Positions 57,125 to 64,000 of a DNA stretch of 64,000 nt are shown here, in pieces (within the stretch, counting starts at the first letter, position 1; every line of letters begins with the position of its first letter). The notes beneath the pieces are model-generated. The model searched no databases. It worked only from the letters and a program-made list of their open reading frames with translations, and had not been told where the DNA came from. The translations under genes were made by a program, and so were the position numbers. Source of the stretch: an uncultured Haloferula sp. (lineage in GTDB: Bacteria > Verrucomicrobiota > Verrucomicrobiia > Verrucomicrobiales > Akkermansiaceae). Location of the stretch: assembly GCA_965652295.1 (NCBI GenBank), contig CBFGTS010000011.1, positions 101,246 to 165,245 of the forward strand, given 5' to 3'.

Positions 57125-57901
57125 TCAATAACGGACGGTGAAGCCCGAAAACAAGCCGACGTCCTCGGCGTGGCCATTCAGGCCGACCCGCGCGCCCGCG
57201 TCGAGCACCAGGTTCGCATGTACGGCGTAGGTAAAACCTCCGGAAGCCGACGCCTCGTAGTGGTCCTCGGCCAGTACACCGATGTATTCGACGAAGCAGC
57301 CCCAGCGCTCGCTCAGATCGAAGCCGAGCACGGCGGTGTGGACGAACTCGAAGTCGTAGCCGCCGTTTCCGTCGTCGACGTAGTCCAGCTCCGCCATCAG
57401 GCCCAACCCGGTGCGCTCGGTGAGGCCCATCGAAAAGGGCACGATCAATCCGCCTTCCCACACGTCGTTGCTCAAGGCGGTGCCGGTCGGGATTTTCACA
57501 AAGGGGAACAAGGCCAGCCCCGTATTGCCGCCATCGTTGCCCCAAAGGTTCCACTTGAAGCGCAGGGTCACGTCACCAAAACCTTCAAGGCCGGGATCCT
57601 CCGCGATGTAGCTGTCCCACACGATCTGCAAATCGGTGCAATCCGTCAGGCCGAACTTCAGGTTGCTGGCCATGACCGTCCAGGTTTCATCGCCGCCATC
57701 GCGGCTCCAGTCGACAAGACTCGCCTCGAACTGGACATGGCCGGCATCAACCGTGATCGGGCTTTCCGTGGCGTCCGGCCGGTCGGCGGCGAGGTCGCGC
57801 ATCGAGTCGGTTGGAACGGGATCGAAAAGCGAATGGGCCGAAAGCGGAAGAGTCAGGGTGAGGCAGGTCAGGAGTCGTGTCATCGATTCAGTGGTATTCA
57901 T
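57125..57901 (-). CDS. Outer-membrane beta-barrel channel (MetA-pathway/'transporter' family)
   Basis: Signal peptide, DRPDATES...GHVQFE, GFGD, PTG motifs and a terminal aromatic residue (GFTVRY). Confidence 0.75.
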   Translation of the reverse strand: MNTTESMTRLLTCLTLTLPLSAHSLFDPVPTDSMRDLAADRPDATESPITVDAGHVQFEASLVDWSRDGGDETWTVMASNLKFGLTDCTDLQIVWDSYIAEDPGLEGFGDVTLRFKWNLWGNDGGNTGLALFPFVKIPTGTALSNDVWEGGLIVPFSMGLTERTGLGLMAELDYVDDGNGGYDFEFVHTAVLGFDLSERWGCFVEYIGVLAEDHYEASASGGFTYAVHANLVLDAGARVGLNGHAEDVGLFSGFTVRY

Positions 57902-58854
57902 GGAAGCAATCCGTTGAGGCCGTTTGCGGGGGCATCGCCGCCGAGGGAGCGGGTGATCAGGGTGACGTTGTGATCGATCATGCCGATGTAGGTCCCCTCG
58001 TAGCTGCCGGCCGCGCCCATGGCGTCGGAGAAAAGTTCGCCGCCGATGACGACCTTGTGGCCCCGCGAGCGGGTGCCTTCGACCAAAGCCTCGACCGATT
58101 TCCGAGGCACCGAGCTCTCGACGAAGACCGCCGGAACCTTGCGCTCGACGATGAAGCTCACCAGTTCGTTGATATCCTTCAACCCCGCTTCCGACTCCGT
58201 GCTGATGCCCTGGATCCCGCGGACTTCGATACCATAGGCTCGCGCCATGTAGCCGAAGGCGTCGTGAGCCGTCACCAGCACGCGCTGGTTTTCAGGAATG
58301 CTGGCGATCGAGCGGCGCGCGTAGTCATCGAGGTGGCCTAGCTTTTCCTGATAGGCCCGGGCCCGTTCGTTGAACTCGGAGGCATGCTCGGGCAGCGCCT
58401 CGCCAAGCGCCTTGGCGATCGATGTCGTCACTTCCTTCCACGCTGCCACATCCATCCAGACGTGGGGATCGTGGTGCCCGTCGTCGCCGTCCTGCACGTA
58501 TCCCTGTTCATGGAGAAGCACGTCGGCAACGGCCACGACCCGGCGGCCGGCCTTCGAGAACCGCTCCAACGCCTCGGTCATCTTTCCTTCCAGCAGGAGA
58601 CCGTTGTAGAGGATCAGATCGGCGTTCTGGAGTACCTTGAGATCGCGGCTGGTCGGCTTGTAAAGGTGGGGGTCGACGCCCTCGTGGATCAGGTTGGTGA
58701 CCTCGACCCGGTCACCGCCGACCTCGCGGGCGACATCCGCGATCATCGCAATCGTGCAAGCGACCTGCGGTTTGGATTCACCCGAGTCCGCGTCCGAGCG
58801 GTCGCCACAGGAAGCCAGGGCCATGAGCGCGACGGGAAGAAAAACAGCCCGCAT
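57898..58854 (-). CDS. Metal ABC transporter substrate-binding lipoprotein (TroA/MntA-like)
   Basis: Lipobox LASC, DPHLY, DPHVW, TAHDAF, FSDAMG. Alternative start at 58896. Confidence 0.92.
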   Translation of the reverse strand: MRAVFLPVALMALASCGDRSDADSGESKPQVACTIAMIADVAREVGGDRVEVTNLIHEGVDPHLYKPTSRDLKVLQNADLILYNGLLLEGKMTEALERFSKAGRRVVAVADVLLHEQGYVQDGDDGHHDPHVWMDVAAWKEVTTSIAKALGEALPEHASEFNERARAYQEKLGHLDDYARRSIASIPENQRVLVTAHDAFGYMARAYGIEVRGIQGISTESEAGLKDINELVSFIVERKVPAVFVESSVPRKSVEALVEGTRSRGHKVVIGGELFSDAMGAAGSYEGTYIGMIDHNVTLITRSLGGDAPANGLNGLLP

Positions 58855-59108
58855 GAAGGGGCGGTACCAGCCAGGGGAAAGAAGAGCGTTTCGCATGTCG
58901 GGGCGACGTATTCCACTGCGACTTTGATTGGTCAAAATAAAAATCAGCCAAACTCAAAATAGCCGGAAGAGCAGTCTCCTCCTCGCGATAGAACGGCGGC
59001 AGTCCAAGGCTTCCTGAGCTCCTGTACACATAGGAGATCGCCACGGTCCTCGCATCGAAGGGCCGTGGCGATAGAACAGGGCCTCCTGCCGAGGCCGCCG
59101 GGCTCATC

Positions 59109-59146
59109 AAAAAAGGGCGGTCACGCCTTGGTTGGCGGACCGCCCT
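59109..59146 (-). terminator. Intrinsic terminator after the large secreted protein
   Basis: AGGGCGGTC...GACCGCCCT stem with a T6 tail on the minus strand. Confidence 0.8.
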
Positions 59147-59158
59147 CGAATGACTGGG

Positions 59159-62032
59159 TCAGTAGCGGACCTGAAGCCGCAGGAACCGCTGGGTTGCTGC
59201 CGTGATGGCCTGGGTGTCGATGACCAGAACCGCACCCGCGGTGTTGGCTTCGCCGGTGCTGCTGAAGACGAGTTCGGACCAGTCGGCGAGGTCGCCGGAG
59301 GCATGGACTTCGTAGAAGAGGGCCGGATCGGCGATGCGGTCGAAGGTGAGGGTGACCTTGCCTTCGGACTCGCCCAACTCGACGAGCGGGCCGGTGCCGG
59401 GGAGGTTCGGATCGGTTCCGAGCGCGTATTCCAGCAGGTTGGATCTACCATCGTTGTCCGGATCGGCGTCGTCCGCGGCATCGCCGCTGTTGGCGGCGCT
59501 GCCGAAGTTCGCCTCACGCCAGATTTCGAGGAGGCTGCCGCCCGCTGAGATGACGGCGGTGGCTTCGTTGGAATAGTCCGCGCTCGATCCACCGGCGTTC
59601 ACCGCCTTGACCACGTAGTAGAAGGTTCCGCCGGAGGGAAACGGATCGGTGTACGAGGTGAGCGTGACACCGGTGGCGATGGCCGTGTAGGGGCCGCCGG
59701 TGAAGTCGGAGCGATAGACGGTGTAGGAGGTCGCTTCCGCCACCGCGGTCCAGGAAAGCTCGGCGCTGCCCTCACCTCCGGTGGCGACGAGGTCGGCGGG
59801 AGCGGTCGCGGGTGCCTCCACACCGGTATTCACAATCTGGATCCCGGAAATCCCGCCGGGGTTACCGGACACTTTCGAGAGCGCGATGGTCAGGCTCGTG
59901 CCCGTCAAGCCGCGGAATCGAACGAAGTTGGCTGGCGGAGTGGAGGATTCCTGGGCGTCGCCTGCGGTGGTCGCGGTGGAGACGCTGAAGGACGGTGGCT
60001 CGGTGGGTCTGCCGGCGGACTTGTAGAAGAGTCGGCCGGACTCGTTGCCGTTCACGATCACGCTGCCGGTGGCACCCGCGGTGTCGCCGCTGGTGAAGAC
60101 ATAGACGTCGTATTCGGTGTAGGTGACCCCATTGAGGGTCACGACGGCCGCATCATCGGTGGCGGCGTTGTTGTCCGCCTCGATGTAGCCGTGGAGCAGC
60201 CGGCCGTCCGGGGTTTTGGCCGCGGCGGTGCCTCCCACGTCCCAAGTGTTGGTACTGGTCCAGATGGCGGTCACGCCGGAGGGGTCACCATCGCTGTCCA
60301 GCAGCTCGATGGGAGAGGCGGGGTTGGCCGCGTCCTTTTGCGTGTTGTTCCAACCGGAGGTGGGAAGAAAACCGGCCTGTTCGAAGGTGTCGAGTGTACC
60401 GGCCTGGTTGCTTGAGCCACTGCCGCCGTTGCCATCTCCGGAGAAATTGAGACCCACCGCCTTGGTGGCTGGCTCGGCGAGTAGCAGGTGGACGGACGTT
60501 TCGGCAAAGGCCGAGGCTCCGATATCGCTCAGGCCGGCATCATCTTCGACGATCACGGTGTAGAGGCCTTCGTCTTCCGGTTGGAAATCCGTGAGGGTCA
60601 GAGTCGCCGAGGTTTCAGCAAGCAGCGCGCCTTCGAAAAACCACTGGTAGGTGAGGGTTCCCAAGCCGGAGGCATTGGCTTCCAGCGCGACCGTGGCTCC
60701 CGGGCTGACCACCGTGGTGGCGGCGGGCGACAGCGTCACCGATGGTTCCGGATAGGTCACGAAAAGCCATGCCGAGGCGCTCTCTGCGGTGCCTTCGCTG
60801 TTGGTGGCGACGGCCCGATAGTCGCCGCTGTCGGCATAGCTCACGGGGTCGAGGAGGAAAGTCGTTCCCTCGGCGCCCGGGATGTCGGTCCAGGTGTCCC
60901 CGAAGTCGATGGATTTCTGCCACTGGACGGTCGGAGCCGGAGCACCGGCGACCTCGACGGAAAACTCCACCTGTTGGCCGACCAGCACGTCCTGGTTCAC
61001 GGGGTCCGTGAGGATGGCCGGCGGGCCTGTCGCGTCGATCAACTGATAGACGCCGAGGCCGTCCTGTTCCTGAAAGGTGAACTGCGAGTAGTTCCCGGCT
61101 TCCACGGCCACACCGTTGACGGCGATCTTTCCGCCATCGATGAGGGCCTGGAACTGAGTTTCGTTCCAACCGACGATGGAGAGGCTGCCGGTGCCGCCGA
61201 CGATGAAGTTGATCTGGTCGCCGCTGCCCACTTCGAACAGCGAGCTTCCGGCGGAAACGAAGTGCCCGTCCACGATCTCGATCTTGCCGAGGCCCAGCGG
61301 GTTATCGACGAAGACCGGCGTCGTGGTCATGTCAATCCACCGACCGCCCACCGCGACCGGGAGATTGCCGGTCACACGGAAGGTGCCGGAGTTCAAGCGG
61401 ACCGTGCCGGTGCCGGCACCGCGACCGATGTTGAAACCTGCGGCCGTGGCGGTGACCGCCTGGGTTTCGTCGAGCGTCAGATGGAAGGTCCCGCCGTTGA
61501 TGGTGATGGTGCCGGAGGTGTTGAGGCCGTTGCCGCCGGTGCCGGCGTCATTCCCACCATTGCCGAGGTTGAAGTTCTGTTCGTTGGTGCCGCTGAGGAA
61601 CCAGTCGAAGGTCGCGCCTTCGCCGACGGTCACACTGCCGGTGACGCCGGAGGTGTTGTTGTTGTTGACGCCTACGCCACCGCCCCACTGGTTGATCTGA
61701 TTGATCGTGAGAGAGGCACCGGTCTGGACGGCGATGGTACCGTTGCTGTTGGCGTTGCGGCCGACCTTGAAATCGTTGCTGTCGAGGGTCAGCGAGCCGC
61801 TCGCCACGGTGATCGAGCCGGTGCCGCCGATACCGATGTAGCAGTTCGTCCCGGCACCTCCCTGGACGTGGGGATCGAGAGCGCTGTCGACGCCAGCGCC
61901 GTCATAGGTCTGCGCCGCGTTGAGGTTTCCGCCATTGTAGGTCCAATCGGCATGGGCGGTGGGAAGTGCCGCGCCGGCGGCGAGAAGGAGTGCGGCCAAG
62001 CGAAGGCCGCGGAATGCAAAGGAAGCATGCAT
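59159..62032 (-). CDS. Large secreted protein: Gly/Asn/Thr-rich passenger, 2 Ig-like domains, beta-sandwich, FN3, Verrucomicrobia-type C-terminal domain
   Basis: Signal peptide; Ig motifs (VQWQKS...DSGDYR, YQWF...DEGLYTV); FN3 (APADL...LSWTAV...YYVVKAVN); DADPDNDGRSNLLEYALGTDP...FLRLQVRY. Confidence 0.85.
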   Translation of the reverse strand: MHASFAFRGLRLAALLLAAGAALPTAHADWTYNGGNLNAAQTYDGAGVDSALDPHVQGGAGTNCYIGIGGTGSITVASGSLTLDSNDFKVGRNANSNGTIAVQTGASLTINQINQWGGGVGVNNNNTSGVTGSVTVGEGATFDWFLSGTNEQNFNLGNGGNDAGTGGNGLNTSGTITINGGTFHLTLDETQAVTATAAGFNIGRGAGTGTVRLNSGTFRVTGNLPVAVGGRWIDMTTTPVFVDNPLGLGKIEIVDGHFVSAGSSLFEVGSGDQINFIVGGTGSLSIVGWNETQFQALIDGGKIAVNGVAVEAGNYSQFTFQEQDGLGVYQLIDATGPPAILTDPVNQDVLVGQQVEFSVEVAGAPAPTVQWQKSIDFGDTWTDIPGAEGTTFLLDPVSYADSGDYRAVATNSEGTAESASAWLFVTYPEPSVTLSPAATTVVSPGATVALEANASGLGTLTYQWFFEGALLAETSATLTLTDFQPEDEGLYTVIVEDDAGLSDIGASAFAETSVHLLLAEPATKAVGLNFSGDGNGGSGSSNQAGTLDTFEQAGFLPTSGWNNTQKDAANPASPIELLDSDGDPSGVTAIWTSTNTWDVGGTAAAKTPDGRLLHGYIEADNNAATDDAAVVTLNGVTYTEYDVYVFTSGDTAGATGSVIVNGNESGRLFYKSAGRPTEPPSFSVSTATTAGDAQESSTPPANFVRFRGLTGTSLTIALSKVSGNPGGISGIQIVNTGVEAPATAPADLVATGGEGSAELSWTAVAEATSYTVYRSDFTGGPYTAIATGVTLTSYTDPFPSGGTFYYVVKAVNAGGSSADYSNEATAVISAGGSLLEIWREANFGSAANSGDAADDADPDNDGRSNLLEYALGTDPNLPGTGPLVELGESEGKVTLTFDRIADPALFYEVHASGDLADWSELVFSSTGEANTAGAVLVIDTQAITAATQRFLRLQVRY

Positions 62033-62113
62033 GGTGAGAGAGAAGGGTTTTTTCCGGCGGGGCGGAAGGACCGCCCCGCCAGGGGTTCAGAGCCGTAGGT
62101 GTGAATGCGATGA

Positions 62114-63157
62114 TCAGCGGCGGCGGCGGAACAGCAGCAGTGCTCCGATTCCTCCGAGCAGGCTTGTCGCCGGCTCGGGAACGACCTGCAGGACGCCTTG
62201 CGAGCCATCCGTGGTGAACTGGAAGCCGGTCAGGTCCGATACATCCGAACCATCGATCTGCAGCACGCCGGCGGTGGCGAGAGCCTCAAAATCGGACTCC
62301 GTCCAGTCGAGGATCGAAAGTCCGCCGCTACCGGTGGAGGTGAAGTTCACGCGGTCTCCGGCACCGACGGCGAACAGCGACGTGCCGCTGCTGATGAGGA
62401 AACCGTCGACGATGTTGACGACGCCCAGACCGAGCGGGTTGTCCACGAACTGCGGCGTGGTGGTCATGTCGATCCACCGACCACCGAGAGCGATGGGCAG
62501 GTTTCCGGAAACCGAGAAGGTCCCGGAATTGAGGTTCACCGTGCCGGTGCCGGCACCGCGGCCGATGTTGAATCCCGCAGCTGTGGCGGAAACCGCTTGG
62601 GCGGGATCGAGCGTCAGGTCGAAGGTGCCGCCGTTGATGGTGATGGTGCCGGAGGTGTTGAGACCGTTGCTTCCGGTGCCGGCATCGTTTCCGCCGTTGC
62701 CGAGGTTGAAATTCTGCTCGTTGCTGCCACTCAGGAACCAGTCGAAGGAGGCTCCGGATCCGACCGTGACGGAGGCGGTGACCGTCGAGGTATTGTTGTT
62801 GTTGACGCCCACGCCGCCTCCCCACTGGTTGGTCTGGTTGATAGCGAGCGAGGCTCCGGCCTGAACGATGATTGAGCCGTTGCTGTTGGCATTCCGACCC
62901 ACCTTGAAGTCGTTGGCGTTGAAGGTCAGGGAGCCGCTTTCCACCGTCACGCTGCCGGTGCCGCCGATGCCGATGTAGTGATTGGAGGAGGAGGAGCCGA
63001 CCGAGTGCGGGTTGAGAGCGGAATCGACGCCGAGGCCGTCGTAGGTTTGGGCCGCGTTCAGGTTGCCACCGGTGTAGGTGAAGGCCGCATGGACGGCTGG
63101 CGTGGCTGCAAGGACGGCGGCGATGGTTCCGCCAATGATGGGGCTTTTGGTTTTCAT
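62114..63157 (-). CDS. PEP-CTERM sorting-domain protein
   Basis: Signal peptide and C-terminal VPEPATSLLGGIGALLLFRRRR. Start reset to ATG 63157. Confidence 0.92.
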   Translation of the reverse strand: MKTKSPIIGGTIAAVLAATPAVHAAFTYTGGNLNAAQTYDGLGVDSALNPHSVGSSSSNHYIGIGGTGSVTVESGSLTFNANDFKVGRNANSNGSIIVQAGASLAINQTNQWGGGVGVNNNNTSTVTASVTVGSGASFDWFLSGSNEQNFNLGNGGNDAGTGSNGLNTSGTITINGGTFDLTLDPAQAVSATAAGFNIGRGAGTGTVNLNSGTFSVSGNLPIALGGRWIDMTTTPQFVDNPLGLGVVNIVDGFLISSGTSLFAVGAGDRVNFTSTGSGGLSILDWTESDFEALATAGVLQIDGSDVSDLTGFQFTTDGSQGVLQVVPEPATSLLGGIGALLLFRRRR

Positions 63158-63270
63158 GGGGTTTGTGTAGTTGGGTTTGTCGTCCTCCGCGCGCTCGCTC
63201 ACAGACGGCTTCGCGGGTTACGACGATACGAAATGATAGGCCGATCCCATCTCGATCAACTTTCCCCAAT

Positions 63271-63284
63271 GTTACCGTGGTAAC
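63271..63284. promoter_or_regulatory. Palindromic operator candidate upstream of the PEP-CTERM gene
   Basis: GTTACC-GT-GGTAAC, flanked by CCCC and GGGG. Confidence 0.5.
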
Positions 63285-63833
63285 GTCGGGGTATCATTGC
63301 ACGATGCGTTGCGAGGGGCGCGCGGAGAGGGAGCGGGACCGCCGTTTCGAACTCCTCGATGGAGCCCGATGGTGCGCGACTGGGCGGGGGAAGGATGGCA
63401 TCGGGCTGCCGGACGGGGTCGCCGGGATACCCGCCTTCAAGGTTTTTCCCACCCTCTTCACCGCCCGGCTCACGCCCGACGGATGGCCGTCATCGCCCAC
63501 GCCACTACCGCCTGAGGACTCTCATCACGGTGAGAATTGAACTCGGAGCGGCTGAGATGCTTGGGAATGGGAGCGGCGGAACGCGTCCGCCGGGAATGGT
63601 TCCTGAGAGCGATCTCCTCGCCGTCCCAGCCAGCCGGAGCCAGCGGGGCGGGGGAAGTGGATGGATGAAATCACTGCTGGCATCGTCGGTCCGGCGTCGC
63701 ACCAGGGGGGCAGTGCTTGGGGGGCGGAACGGCTCGGGCTTCGAGCGGGGGTGACATGACACGGGCGCTGCGGCGGGAGAGGGAGGAGAGAGAGAGGCTT
63801 GAAAAGGGAGTGGGAGAGGTCGGCGGAAATGCG

Positions 63834-63945
63834 TGAAATCTAGGACCGACCCTAACACGACCCTAACAGCTGGATGAAATCTAGGACCGACCCTAACAGC
63901 TGGAAGGACCGACCCTAATAACTACATGAAATCTAGGACCGACCC
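63834..63945. repeat. Irregular direct-repeat cluster
   Basis: TGAAATCTAGGACCGACCC at 63834, 63875 and 63927, plus partial copies at 63858 and 63905. Confidence 0.85.
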
Positions 63946-64000
63946 GAATGGCGCGGGATTAAGCGCACGCGCGGTAGTTTGAGCGGTGGGGAATCTCGAC

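Noticed and set aside
63294..63858. Small ORFs upstream of the PEP-CTERM gene
   Set aside because: They overlap on both strands, are Arg/Pro/Gly-rich like non-coding GC DNA and show no recognisable domains.
63834..63945. CRISPR array or telomere-like (CCCTAA) repeat
   Set aside because: The repeat is only 19 nt, spacing is uneven, the intervening sequence is made of repeat fragments rather than unique spacers, no cas genes are visible, and CCCTAA is not tandem.

Overview
A high-GC bacterial core-genome window. The gene content (PEP-CTERM protein, SHD1-thioredoxin, kinase-lectin receptor, Verrucomicrobia-type C-terminal domain) points to a Verrucomicrobiales organism such as Haloferula or Luteolibacter; this is inference. 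Contents in order: ilvA (partial), eda, pgk-tpiA, tRNA-Lys(CTT), gpmI, a phosphate operon (OprO/P porin, pstSCAB-pstB2-phoU), a stress/NHEJ module (DUF3008, Ku, LigD, double ferritin-like protein), lipid genes (dedA, gpsA, plsY), trpS, yebC-rho, valS, surA-pdxA, a Ser/Thr kinase, engB, nuoD-trx-nuoE-nuoF, tgt-yajC-secDF, rplI, an aas-like gene, a DEAD-box helicase, pssA, an amidase, a Mn/Zn/Fe ABC operon with a permease-DtxR fusion, and two tandem secreted paralogs. No integrase, transposase, prophage or CRISPR array is visible. The most notable observations are: (1) one ~300-aa passenger domain duplicated onto two different C-terminal sorting signals; (2) sigma54 -24/-12 promoters on all three transcription units of the Ku/LigD module, two placed to give leaderless mRNA; (3) several 160-280 nt nested stem structures in long intergenic spacers; (4) a perfect Rex-type operator and an inserted exported thioredoxin in a split nuoDEF operon; (5) many apparently leaderless sigma70 promoters; (6) an irregular repeat cluster at the right edge. 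All calls come from reading motifs by eye; no database searches or folding programs were run.
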